From an uncultured Myxococcales bacterium (GTDB taxonomy: Bacteria; Myxococcota_A; Polyangia; Polyangiales; Houyiibacteriaceae), in contig CBFCWN010000001.1 in assembly GCA_965601515.1 (NCBI GenBank), positions 64,069 through 128,068 on the forward strand: 64,000 bases of DNA. The letters run 5' to 3'. Shown in pieces: positions 45,899-55,259 of this stretch. Both the position numbers and the translations under genes were made by a program. A model generated the notes under the pieces. It ran no database searches, was not told where the DNA came from, and saw only the letters and a program-made list of their open reading frames with translations. How positions within the stretch are numbered: position 1 is the stretch's first letter; each line of letters starts with the position of its first letter.

Positions 45899-46513
45899 GT
45901 GCCGAGCGGGCTGGTCACGGGCGAAGACGGGAAGTCGCGTTGCTGGTGGGGCGCAAGCACCCCCGACTACGCGGCGTACCACGACACGGAGTGGGGCTTC
46001 CCCGTCCACGACGACCGCCGACTGTTCGAGAAAATCTGCCTCGAAGGTTTCCAGTCCGGCCTGAGCTGGCTGACCATCCTTCGAAAACGCGACAATTTCC
46101 GAAACGCCTTCGCCGAGTTCGACTATCGCCGTGTCGCACGGTTCAACTCGCGAAGCGTCGACCGTCTCTTGAAAGACGCCGGCATCGTGCGCCACCGCGG
46201 CAAGATCGAGTCCACGATCAACAACGCGAAACGGGCGATCGAGTTGGAGAACGAGTTCGGCTCGCTCTCCGCCTACTTCTGGGAACACGTGCCGCCCCCG
46301 AGCGAACGACCGAAGAGGATCAACAAGGTCTCGCTCATGAAACTCAGCAAGACGCCCACATCGACCGCGCTCAGCAAGGACCTCAAGAATCGCGGCTGGA
46401 CCTTCGTTGGCCCGACCACCGTGTATGCCTTCATGCAGGCGATGGGCCTGGTGAACGATCACCTGGAGGGTTGCTTCGTGCGGAATCGCATCGCACAAAT
46501 GCCCCGTGCCTGA
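45899..46513 (+). CDS. tag: DNA-3-methyladenine glycosylase I
   Basis: RCWWGASTPDYAAYHDTEWGFPVHDDRRLFEKICLEGFQSGLSWLTILRKR. Confidence 0.9.
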   Translation: MPSGLVTGEDGKSRCWWGASTPDYAAYHDTEWGFPVHDDRRLFEKICLEGFQSGLSWLTILRKRDNFRNAFAEFDYRRVARFNSRSVDRLLKDAGIVRHRGKIESTINNAKRAIELENEFGSLSAYFWEHVPPPSERPKRINKVSLMKLSKTPTSTALSKDLKNRGWTFVGPTTVYAFMQAMGLVNDHLEGCFVRNRIAQMPRA

Positions 46514-47567
46514 GCTCACCAGCATCTTTTTCGGAAACGACCTCCAGACCTGGCTGATCGCGCTAGGCATCACCTTCGGCGTCCTCATCGTGCTTCGACT
46601 CGTCGAGCAGGTCCTCATCGTCCGCGCGCAGCGCCTCGCGGAGAAGACCCAGACCATCGTCGACAACATCGTGATCGGCGCGCTTCGAAGCACGAAGCTG
46701 ATCTACCTTCTGATCGTCGCACTCTTCCTCGGCTCGCGGGTGCTCGAGCTCCCGGACGCCATCCGCGCCATCGACTGGCGAGTGCTGATGGTCGCCACGT
46801 GGCTGCAGGTAGGCCTCTGGGTAAGCCGCGGCATCACGATTTGGCTCACGAACTACCGCGCTAGGGAGGAAGACGGCGCCAACCGCACCACGATGAACGC
46901 GCTCACGTTCCTCGTGCGTGTCGCGGTGTGGACCACCGTTCTCCTGCTGATTCTCGACAACATCGGGGTCGACGTCACCGCGCTCGTAACCGGCCTCGGC
47001 ATCGGTGGCATCGCCATTGCTCTCGCTGTGCAGAACGTGTTGGGCGACCTGTTTGCGTCGCTGTCGATCGTGCTCGACAAGCCCTTCGTCAACGGGGACT
47101 TCATCGTGGTCGGCGACATGGCCGGCTCGGTGGAGCACGTGGGCATCAAGACCACGCGCATCCGAAGCATCTCGGGCGAGCAGCTGGTGTTCTCCAACAA
47201 CGACCTGCTGACCAGCCGAATCCGTAACTTCGGGCGCATGAACGAGCGCCGCGTCGTGTTCCCGCTGGGCGTCACCTACCAGACGCCCGCCGAGAAGCTC
47301 GAGCGGATTCCCAAGCTCATCGAGGCGGCGGTCGCAGACCAGGAACAGGTGCGCTTCGACCGCTGTCACTTTGCCAGCTACGGCGATTCATCGCTGAACT
47401 TCGAGACGGTCTACTACGTCGAGTCGTCGGATTATGGCCAACACATGGACATCCTGCAGGCTCTGAATTTGTCGATTTTTCGCAGCTTTGCGGCCGAAGG
47501 AATCGAGTTCGCGTACCCGACCCAGACGCTTTTTATCGAGAAGGGTGAAACTTCCAGCGAGGAGTGA
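46506..47567 (+). CDS. MscS-family mechanosensitive channel
   Basis: Several TM segments, then LGDLFASLSIVLDKPFVNGDFIVVGDMAGSVEHVGIKTTRIRS (MscS beta domain). Confidence 0.85.
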   Translation: MPELTSIFFGNDLQTWLIALGITFGVLIVLRLVEQVLIVRAQRLAEKTQTIVDNIVIGALRSTKLIYLLIVALFLGSRVLELPDAIRAIDWRVLMVATWLQVGLWVSRGITIWLTNYRAREEDGANRTTMNALTFLVRVAVWTTVLLLILDNIGVDVTALVTGLGIGGIAIALAVQNVLGDLFASLSIVLDKPFVNGDFIVVGDMAGSVEHVGIKTTRIRSISGEQLVFSNNDLLTSRIRNFGRMNERRVVFPLGVTYQTPAEKLERIPKLIEAAVADQEQVRFDRCHFASYGDSSLNFETVYYVESSDYGQHMDILQALNLSIFRSFAAEGIEFAYPTQTLFIEKGETSSEE

Positions 47568-47603
47568 CGTTAAGCAGCTGAGCCTTAGATTTGGAGGGCA
47601 AGC

Positions 47604-48752
47604 ATGAGAAGCTTACGCACGATTGTGATGGGACTCCCGATTATGACGGCCGCACTGTTTGTGGCCATCGCGGTCTCGTCCACCCGCGCTGACGCGCCGC
47701 AACAGGACAAGCAAGAGAACACGCCGGCGAAGGGCGGCAAGCTCGCGAAAGCGACCTTCGCCGGCGGCTGTTTCTGGTGCATGGAGCCTCCTTTCGAGAA
47801 GCTCCCCGGCGTCGTGCGCGTCACCTCGGGCTACACCGGAGGCCCCGAAAAGGCCCCGTCCTACAAAGAGGTGAGCTCGGGTCGCACCGGCCACGTGGAA
47901 GCTGTGCAGATCGAGTACGACCCTACTGAGATCAGCTACGACTACCTGCTCAAGGTGTTCTGGCGGCAGATCAACCCAACCGACGCAGGGGGGCAGTTCG
48001 CCGACCGCGGTACGCAGTACGAAACCGCGATCTTCGCGCATGACAAGGCGCAACGCGAAGCCGCCGAGGCGTCCAAGAAAGAACTCGAAAAGAGCGGCGT
48101 CTTCGACAAGCCCATCGTCACTCCCATCCGGTGGGCGCAGCCGTTTTATTCGGCCGAGACGTACCACCAGGACTACTACAAGAAGAATCCGAGCCACTAC
48201 AAGCGCTATCGTGTGGGCTCGGGTCGTGAGGGCTATTTGAAAGCCGTGTGGGAAACTCGTCCCCTCGAAGCGCCGACGAAACCAAAAGGAAAGACCTCGA
48301 TGACCGACGAAAAGCGATATGAGAAGCGACCCCATGCCGAGCTGAAGAAGGAGCTCACTCCGCTTCAGTACGCCGTCACTCAAGAGGAAGGCACGGAGCC
48401 GCCGTTCCGGAACGAGTTTTGGGACCACAAGGAAGACGGTATCTACGTCGACGTCGTAAGTGGTGAGCCTCTGTTCAGCTCGACGCACAAGTACGACAGC
48501 GGCACCGGCTGGCCGAGCTTCACGAAACCCCTCCACGAGGAGCACGTGACGGAGCACACCGACCGAAAGCTGATGATGAGCCGCACCGAGGTGCGCAGCA
48601 AGCACGGCGAAAGCCACCTCGGGCACGTCTTTCCGGACGGCCCGGGCCCAAGCGGGCAGCGGTACTGCATCAACAGCGCTTCGCTTCGGTTCATCCCGAA
48701 GGAAAAGCTCGCCGAAGAAGGTTACGGCGAGTACCTTGCACTCTTCGAGTAG
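47604..48752 (+). CDS. msrAB: fused peptide methionine sulfoxide reductase MsrA-MsrB with N-terminal signal peptide
   Basis: [13 protein letters not shown] (MsrA). [17 protein letters not shown] and RYCINS (MsrB). Signal peptide [29 protein letters not shown]. Confidence 0.92.
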   Translation: MRSLRTIVMGLPIMTAALFVAIAVSSTRADAPQQDKQENTPAKGGKLAKATFAGGCFWCMEPPFEKLPGVVRVTSGYTGGPEKAPSYKEVSSGRTGHVEAVQIEYDPTEISYDYLLKVFWRQINPTDAGGQFADRGTQYETAIFAHDKAQREAAEASKKELEKSGVFDKPIVTPIRWAQPFYSAETYHQDYYKKNPSHYKRYRVGSGREGYLKAVWETRPLEAPTKPKGKTSMTDEKRYEKRPHAELKKELTPLQYAVTQEEGTEPPFRNEFWDHKEDGIYVDVVSGEPLFSSTHKYDSGTGWPSFTKPLHEEHVTEHTDRKLMMSRTEVRSKHGESHLGHVFPDGPGPSGQRYCINSASLRFIPKEKLAEEGYGEYLALFE

Positions 48753-48755
48753 CAG

Positions 48756-49370
48756 GTGTCCCTTCGCAGTCGTATTCAGCCGTTCTTTCAAGACTTCGCC
48801 ATGGCGATGATGGACCCGCTGCGCGGAGAGACCGTCGGAGTCGCACAAGGTGAGGTGCTCGAAATCGGTTTTGGTACTGGGCGGAACCTGAAGTTCTACG
48901 ACGAAGGTCATGTGAAGGCGGTTCACGGTCTCGACCCGATGGTCACCGAAGGCGTCGGCAGGGTCGACCAACGTATCGACGCCGCCCCTTTTCCCGTGGA
49001 GCGGTTCGCGCTCGAAGCAGACAACACCCTGCCCTTCGATGCCGGACGCTTCGACTACGTTGTCACGACGTGGACACTTTGCTCGATCCCGGACGCGGGC
49101 GCCGCGCTCTACGAGATGCGCCGGGTGCTGAAACCAGACGGCAAGTACGTGTTCATCGAACACGGCCGCTCACCGAAGCCAGGCACGGCCAAGTGGCAAG
49201 ACCGCGTGAACCCGTGGTGGAACAAGCTCACCGACGGCTGCAACCTCAACCGGCCAATTGCAGACATCGTGAGCGACGCGGGTTTCGAGTTCGAGTCGAT
49301 CCGCGAGTTCAAAGTGACCGGACCAAGCCTGACGTCGTACATGTATAGCGGCGTCGCCAAGCGGAGCTGA
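48756..49370 (+). CDS. class I SAM-dependent methyltransferase (Methyltransf_11-like)
   Basis: VLEIGFGTGRNL motif I and LKPDGKYVFIEH. Starts 3 nt after the msrAB stop. Confidence 0.8.
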   Translation: MSLRSRIQPFFQDFAMAMMDPLRGETVGVAQGEVLEIGFGTGRNLKFYDEGHVKAVHGLDPMVTEGVGRVDQRIDAAPFPVERFALEADNTLPFDAGRFDYVVTTWTLCSIPDAGAALYEMRRVLKPDGKYVFIEHGRSPKPGTAKWQDRVNPWWNKLTDGCNLNRPIADIVSDAGFEFESIREFKVTGPSLTSYMYSGVAKRS

Positions 49371-49377
49371 TCACGCC

Positions 49378-49809
49378 GTGGGGCTCTTTCGCCGAACGCT
49401 CCGCTTGGCCTGGGAAGGACCTCAAACCGCGCTCGGGGTGGCGGTACTCGGAGTCGAAGCGGCGCGGCGGCGCATCGTTCAGCTCGAGGTCGAGGATGGT
49501 CGGCTCGTCGTGGAGTCGACCGGGACCGGCGTTTCGCTGGGCCACGTCGTGTTCTGGAGCCGCGAAAACAGTCGCTGGCACGACCTCGATCTCAGGAACC
49601 GAGCGCACGAGCTCGGTCACACCAAGCAGTCGCGACTGCTCGGGCCGCTCTACCTTCCGGTGGTCGGCTTGCCGTCGATCTCGAGAGTGGCGTACGCCTT
49701 CGCCTACCGCGAACTGACCGGCAAGCAGTGGAACGGCTACTACGATGGATACCCCGAAAACTGGGCCGACCGGCTCGGCGGAGTCGTGCGAGGCAGAAGC
49801 CCTTTCTAG
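49378..49809 (+). CDS. small HExxH protein (DUF4157-like zincin motif)
   Basis: 143 aa. GVSLGHVVFW...RAHELGHTKQS resembles the DUF4157 HELxHxxQ signature. GTG start 7 nt after the upstream stop. Confidence 0.5.
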   Translation: MGLFRRTLRLAWEGPQTALGVAVLGVEAARRRIVQLEVEDGRLVVESTGTGVSLGHVVFWSRENSRWHDLDLRNRAHELGHTKQSRLLGPLYLPVVGLPSISRVAYAFAYRELTGKQWNGYYDGYPENWADRLGGVVRGRSPF

Positions 49810-49853
49810 TCGTCTCCTCGACGGAGCTCGCCAGGTGCTAAGCTCCGATCGTC

Positions 49854-50951
49854 ATGGAGCTCGAGGTCGTAGGCGAGAGGTTTCCTGGGTTTCTCTACAG
49901 ACGGCAACCGAGAAACGTCTACTGGGAAACGACCATCTCCTGCGACCTCGCGTGCAAGCACTGCCGGGCCAGCGCGATTCCCCATCGCGACCCTGGTGAG
50001 CTCACGACGAGTCAGGCGAAGGCGCTCATGCGAAGCGTACAAGAGCTTGGGAGCATGCTGGTGCTCACGGGAGGCGACCCACTCAAGCGGCCCGACATTG
50101 AAGAGCTCATCGAGTACGCCCGTTCGCTGCCGATTCACGTGTCGATCACGCCCAGTACCACCCCACTTCTCAGCGACGAAACGGTGGCGCGCTTCAAGGA
50201 CCTGGGCGTGAGCGCGATGGGCGTAAGCCTCGACGGACCAACCGCCGAGACGCACGACGCGTTTCGAAGCGTCGATGGAACGTACGAGTACTCGATGCGA
50301 GCGCTCGAGTGGGCAAGGCGGCACCGAGTTCCGGTGCAGGTCAATACCACCATCACAGCGCAGACGTTGCCGCACGTGCCGGAGATCTACGAGCTACTGC
50401 GCGACCATGCTGCGCCACCCGTGCGGCGGTGGAGCCTGTTTCTACTGGTGCCCGTCGGGCGCGGCACCGAACTGCATACGCCGAGCGCCGACGACGTCGA
50501 ACGCTTGTTCGAGTGGGTCTACACGGCCTCCGAGGCCGCGCCGTTTCGAATCGGGACCACGGAAGCCCCGCACTACCGCCGCTACTGGATACAGAGAAAG
50601 CTCGAAGCGGGCATGCCGCTCGACGAAATCCATCGACACGCGCGAGCGATGTCGTTCGGCATTCGCGACGGAAATGGCGTGATCTTCGTCTCCCACTTGG
50701 GCGAGGTCTACCCGGCGGGCTTTCTGCCTTACCCGGAGCTCGGCAACGTGAAGCGGGAGCCGCTTCACGAGATCTACCGTCGTTCCGAAGCCCTTCACGA
50801 GCTTCAGGATCCGGCGAACTACCGAGGCCGATGCGGCCGGTGCGAGTTCAAGTTCGCCTGCGGCGGCTCGCGCGCTCGCGCGTACGCAATGACGGGCGAC
50901 GTGCTGGGGGACGATCCTCTTTGCGCCTATCAGCCCGCGACGCCCGCCTAG
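49854..50951 (+). CDS. radical SAM enzyme with C-terminal SPASM domain (TIGR04053-like, substrate unknown)
   Basis: CDLACKHC is a CX3CX2C cluster. VLTGGDPL. The C-terminal CGRCEFKFACGGSRARAY...DPLCAY forms auxiliary-cluster motifs. Confidence 0.85.
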   Translation: MELEVVGERFPGFLYRRQPRNVYWETTISCDLACKHCRASAIPHRDPGELTTSQAKALMRSVQELGSMLVLTGGDPLKRPDIEELIEYARSLPIHVSITPSTTPLLSDETVARFKDLGVSAMGVSLDGPTAETHDAFRSVDGTYEYSMRALEWARRHRVPVQVNTTITAQTLPHVPEIYELLRDHAAPPVRRWSLFLLVPVGRGTELHTPSADDVERLFEWVYTASEAAPFRIGTTEAPHYRRYWIQRKLEAGMPLDEIHRHARAMSFGIRDGNGVIFVSHLGEVYPAGFLPYPELGNVKREPLHEIYRRSEALHELQDPANYRGRCGRCEFKFACGGSRARAYAMTGDVLGDDPLCAYQPATPA

Positions 50952-52078
50952 TCTTTTTTGGGTAGTCCGAGCGCGCGGTCGGCAATCAAGTTCATTAAGA
51001 GGTTATTGAAGACGTAGACCGTGCCTTCACGGAGCTTTCGTTCGACCGGGTAGCTCGACGCGAGAGCCCAGCCCCCGAACGTCGTGAGTGCCGCGCGGGT
51101 CGTTTCCCAAGCCGCTTCGGAGGCGAGCACCTTCGCCATGGCGGAGCGAGTCATCGCGTCGCCGCCAGAATCCACGAGATCGAGGACGTCCCAGCGCATG
51201 AGGTCCGCAGCCTCGACTTTGGAGTACGCCTGCACGAGGGGGTACTGGATACCCTGGTTGACGCCGATGAACTCGCCAAACGTCTTTCGGGTCTTCGCGT
51301 AGTCGATGCTCTGTTCGAGGAGGAACCGAGCGTTACCAATGGACTCGGCGGCCGCGAGCACTCGCCGAACCACGAAGCCTTTCATCAAGCACTGGAGACC
51401 TTCACCGGCAGGGCCGATCCGCGCGCTGTCGGGCACACGAAGCTCGTCGATGAACACGCTCGCGGTCATGCGGTTGGCGACCATGTCGATCGGATGAAGC
51501 TCGACGTGGTCGCCGACCTCATCGAAATCGAGAAGGAAGAGCGTGGTGCCCTCCTCGGCACGCGCCAGAAGAATCATCAGGCGAGTGTGCTCGGCGAAGG
51601 AGATCATCACCTTGCTGGCATTGAGCACCCAGTCGTCGCCGTCGCGTCGGGCCGTGCTGGCCAGTTCCTTCATGTTGGCTCCGCTGTCTGGCTCAGTGGC
51701 GGCAACAGCCAGGAACCGCGTGTCGCCCGCTGCAACCCCCGGGAGGTAGCGCGCCTTCTGCTCGTCGCTCCCGTTTAGAACCAGAGTTCGGCAGATCGAC
51801 ATCTGTGCGTTGAGCACCGCGGAGTCTCCGCCGGCCCGATTGACCTCCTCAACCAGCACCGACGCGACCCGCGGCCCGGCGTCGACCCCCCCGTACGCTT
51901 CCGGAATGAACGTCCCGAAGTAGCCGGTGTGCGCCATCGTCTCGAAGAACTCGCTCGGAAAAGCCTTCTCGGCGTCGGCCTTGCGCCAATAGTCGAGGTC
52001 GAATCGCTGCATCACCTTTCGCACGGCCGCGCGGATCTCGCCGAGCGCTGGATCGTTCACGGAAGTTGGAGCCATCAA
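50948..52078 (-). CDS. acyl-CoA dehydrogenase
   Basis: 376 aa. ATEPDSGANM and the C-terminal REGTVYVFNNLLMNLIADRALGLP pattern. Confidence 0.88.
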   Translation of the reverse strand: MMAPTSVNDPALGEIRAAVRKVMQRFDLDYWRKADAEKAFPSEFFETMAHTGYFGTFIPEAYGGVDAGPRVASVLVEEVNRAGGDSAVLNAQMSICRTLVLNGSDEQKARYLPGVAAGDTRFLAVAATEPDSGANMKELASTARRDGDDWVLNASKVMISFAEHTRLMILLARAEEGTTLFLLDFDEVGDHVELHPIDMVANRMTASVFIDELRVPDSARIGPAGEGLQCLMKGFVVRRVLAAAESIGNARFLLEQSIDYAKTRKTFGEFIGVNQGIQYPLVQAYSKVEAADLMRWDVLDLVDSGGDAMTRSAMAKVLASEAAWETTRAALTTFGGWALASSYPVERKLREGTVYVFNNLLMNLIADRALGLPKKD

Positions 52079-52101
52079 GCGTCAGCTTGGCATCGACCGC
52101 G

Positions 52102-53391
52102 CTAGGTCGCCAACAAGTCGCGGAGCACGTCGTAGACGGCAGGGTGGCTTGCGATGTCGACGTGGCTGACGCCATTTACGAACCCTCCGCCGTTGAACCG
52201 CACGCGGCGAGCGGGTTCCGGCGCCTCGCCTGCGGCGCTCGGAAGCCGGACGAGAAGGTCGCCGAGTAGCTGGCCGACCGGATGATCGGGATCGCGCGAA
52301 ATCGTGGCTGCGACGAAATAGTACCCGACGCCGTCGACGAGCGGAACGTTCTTCCGCGCGTCGGCGAACACGGCATCCGGGTCTTCGCCCGACCACTCTT
52401 CGTCGAGGGTGTAGCCGTAGCGGAGGTCCTTCACTCCAACGCTTCGCGCAGCGAGCAGCTCGGCCGTCACCTGAGCGCCTGCGGCGTCGACGCGCCTGAG
52501 GACGCTCGCAAACACGTGAACCGCCTTTTCGAGAGGCGCGCCCAGGTGTGGAGAGCCGATGCACGCCACGTGGCGAAGAAGCTTGGCCCAGCGAGCATCG
52601 TGCGTGCTTCCGTAGTGGGCGGCGCTGCGCGCGACGAGGCCGCCCATGCTGTGCCCGACGAGCGCGATTTCCTCGACAGAAATCGGGTAGGCATCAAGCA
52701 CCTCGTCGAGCAGCGTTGCAAGCCGCTTTCCGTTCTCGGAGATATGAAGGCCGCTGTTGTAGCGAAGGTAGATCGGGGTGAAGCCGGCATCTTCGAGGAG
52801 CCTCGTGCCGAAGGTCACCTCAGGATCGCCGTAGTGAGCTTCGGACGAAAGGCTCCAGAGCCACTCGGTCGCAGCAAGTGCGTGAACGAATACGCAGACT
52901 TTCGGGGTTGGGTTCGGAAACGCCTGCTCGAAGGCCTCTGCGGTCGCCGGCAAATGCCGGCCGTGGTGGCGAAGCGTCATCCCGAGGTCGAGGCGGCTGT
53001 TCTTGCGCTCGATGTAGTCGCCCCAAAACCCATTGAGCGAGGCCTGCGCGTAGTCGACCACCCAGCTCGCCGTACCGGCGGCCGTAGAGCGGATCGGGGT
53101 CGCCAACTCGGCGTCCTGGACCTCGGACGGAAGGTTCGTCTCCGCCGTGTCGGCGGCGGCATTGACGGCAAAGCGGGTGATGCCGTTGACGGTTCGAATC
53201 GACTCGAACGTGATGGCGGAGATTACGGTTTGCACGCCGGTGACGATCTCCGCGGTGGTCTTCGCCGGCTCGATGGGCGCGAATCGTCGCTTCGTGCGCT
53301 CGACGACCGAGTCGTGCGTGCGCTCCACGAGATTCGTCGTCTCCTCGACGACGTCGAAGACGAGATCGATGAATCCTCGGACACGCCTCAT
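52102..53391 (-). CDS. alpha/beta hydrolase (lipase/esterase, PGAP1/DUF676-like)
   Basis: LVGHSMGGLVARSA nucleophile elbow. Start MRRVRGF at cat 53389-53391. Confidence 0.72.
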   Translation of the reverse strand: MRRVRGFIDLVFDVVEETTNLVERTHDSVVERTKRRFAPIEPAKTTAEIVTGVQTVISAITFESIRTVNGITRFAVNAAADTAETNLPSEVQDAELATPIRSTAAGTASWVVDYAQASLNGFWGDYIERKNSRLDLGMTLRHHGRHLPATAEAFEQAFPNPTPKVCVFVHALAATEWLWSLSSEAHYGDPEVTFGTRLLEDAGFTPIYLRYNSGLHISENGKRLATLLDEVLDAYPISVEEIALVGHSMGGLVARSAAHYGSTHDARWAKLLRHVACIGSPHLGAPLEKAVHVFASVLRRVDAAGAQVTAELLAARSVGVKDLRYGYTLDEEWSGEDPDAVFADARKNVPLVDGVGYYFVAATISRDPDHPVGQLLGDLLVRLPSAAGEAPEPARRVRFNGGGFVNGVSHVDIASHPAVYDVLRDLLAT

Positions 53392-53445
53392 GACTGGAGT
53401 ATGGACCGCTTGATGTGCACGAAGCAAAGTGCTCCACTCCTGGCG

Positions 53446-54159
53446 ATGGAAAAACACGTTTCACTGGCACTCCTCGTCATGCTGACGCTCGCCGTCGGCG
53501 TCGGCTGCAAAAGCAAAGGCCCGGTTCCTGGGGGCGAAAGCCCGACGAACGAAGCTCCGAAGGTCGTCAGCACGGAGACCACGGGCGCACATCCAGGCGC
53601 GGCCAACCCTCATGGAAGTGACGACCCGCACGCAGGCCTCGGCATCAATGCACCTTCGGCGACCGCACCCAAAGTGGACGAAGCGGGGATGCTCGACGTC
53701 GGCGCAATCAAGTTCGCCGTTCCCACCGACTGGACCACCCAAACGCCGAAGTCGTCGATGCGTCGGGCACAGCTCGAGGCCCAAGGAGCCGGTGGAGCTG
53801 CCGAGCTCATCGTCTACTACTTCGGTCCCCAGGGAGCAGGTAGCACCGAGGACAACGTAAAGCGTTGGATCGGCCAGTTCGGCGATCCGTCGGCCACCGA
53901 CGCGGAAGTCGCGACGCTCAAGGTCGCGGGCGAGACCGTCACCATGGTCGACGTGAGCGGGCAGTACACCAACACGATGACGCAGGCCGGACAGGGCTCA
54001 CCGAGCAAGGCCGACCAGCGCCTGCTCGGCGCGATCGTGCCGACCGGAGACGGACCGTACTACTTCAAGTTCCTCGGTCCGAGCGCCACCGTCGGCGCCC
54101 AGGCCAAAGCTTTCGGCGGGCTGATCGAGTCGATTACGCCAGCGCGCGGCAACGACTAG
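53446..54159 (+). CDS. hypothetical lipoprotein
   Basis: MEKHVSLALLVMLTLAVGVGC is a lipobox. The track ORF (from 52282) is an antisense-extended artefact. Confidence 0.62.
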   Translation: MEKHVSLALLVMLTLAVGVGCKSKGPVPGGESPTNEAPKVVSTETTGAHPGAANPHGSDDPHAGLGINAPSATAPKVDEAGMLDVGAIKFAVPTDWTTQTPKSSMRRAQLEAQGAGGAAELIVYYFGPQGAGSTEDNVKRWIGQFGDPSATDAEVATLKVAGETVTMVDVSGQYTNTMTQAGQGSPSKADQRLLGAIVPTGDGPYYFKFLGPSATVGAQAKAFGGLIESITPARGND

Positions 54160-54206
54160 CCCGGACGGGGCCGCCACGAAGCGGATTTCATGATACGACG
54201 CCACTC

Positions 54207-55259
54207 ATGCGCGTCGACATGTTCACGAGCGAAAACAACGATTGGCAGAAGCTCGCCGAGCAGGCGCAGCGGGCCGAGGCCATTGGCTACGACGGGTTTG
54301 CGATTCCGGAGATCACCTCGGACCCAATCCTCAGCGCCGCGATCGTCGCCCAGGCGACCGAGCGTATTCAAGCGCGGACCGGCATCGCCGTCGCCTTTCC
54401 GCGCAGCCCGATGGTCGTTGCGGAGCAGGCCTGGGCGATTCAGCGAAACAGCGGCGGACGGTTTGCTCTCGGCCTCGGTACACAGATCAAGGCGCACAAC
54501 GAGCGTCGTTTCAGCACCCCGTACGGAAAACCGAGAAGCCGCATCGTCGAGTACGTCGAAGCGCTTCGAGCGATTTGGCGATGCTGGGAGCTGGGGGAAC
54601 GACTCGACTATCAGGGGGACCAGTATCAGTTCACGCTGATGACACCGGAGTTCACTCCTCCGAAGTCGAACCTGCCGATGGTCCCCGTCTACCTTGCCGC
54701 GGTGCGGCCGCGAACGCTCGAATCGGCTGCGGCCGTTGCCGATGGCCTTCGGCTCCATGCATTCTGCACGGCCAAGTACTTCCGCGAAGTGGTGAAGCCT
54801 GCGATCGACCGCGGGCTCGAGTCGACGGGCCGTTCACGGCACGAGCTCGATGTATGCGGGGGCGGCTTCATCATGACCGGGCCCGACGAAGAGACCGTGA
54901 TGAAGAACCGCGAGTGGGTTCGCTATCGCATCGGCTTCTACGGGTCGACGCCGGCGTACCGACCAGTGATGTCGCTTCATGGCTGGGACGACCTCGCAGA
55001 CAAGCTGCTCCACATGACCAAGACCGGTCAGTGGCAGAAGATGGCTGCGGAGATCCCCGACGAAGTGCTCGACGAGTTCTGCATCTACACGACCTACGAC
55101 GAGCTCCCGGCGGCCATCGAAACGCGGTTCGGCGGGATTTCCGACACTGTCGAAGTCTCGGTCGAGGAAGACACGGACGTCGACGTGGCTCGCGAGCTCA
55201 TGTCGAAGATCCACGCGATCCCGAGCGCCTTCGAAGCGCCCGCGAACCACTACGCCTGA
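54207..55259 (+). CDS. luciferase-like monooxygenase family oxidoreductase (TIGR03617-like, probable F420-dependent)
   Basis: IAVAFPRSPMVVAEQAWAIQRNSGGRFALGLGTQIKAHNERRF...YVEALRAIWRCWE...FTLMTPEFTP. Confidence 0.78.
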   Translation: MRVDMFTSENNDWQKLAEQAQRAEAIGYDGFAIPEITSDPILSAAIVAQATERIQARTGIAVAFPRSPMVVAEQAWAIQRNSGGRFALGLGTQIKAHNERRFSTPYGKPRSRIVEYVEALRAIWRCWELGERLDYQGDQYQFTLMTPEFTPPKSNLPMVPVYLAAVRPRTLESAAAVADGLRLHAFCTAKYFREVVKPAIDRGLESTGRSRHELDVCGGGFIMTGPDEETVMKNREWVRYRIGFYGSTPAYRPVMSLHGWDDLADKLLHMTKTGQWQKMAAEIPDEVLDEFCIYTTYDELPAAIETRFGGISDTVEVSVEEDTDVDVARELMSKIHAIPSAFEAPANHYA

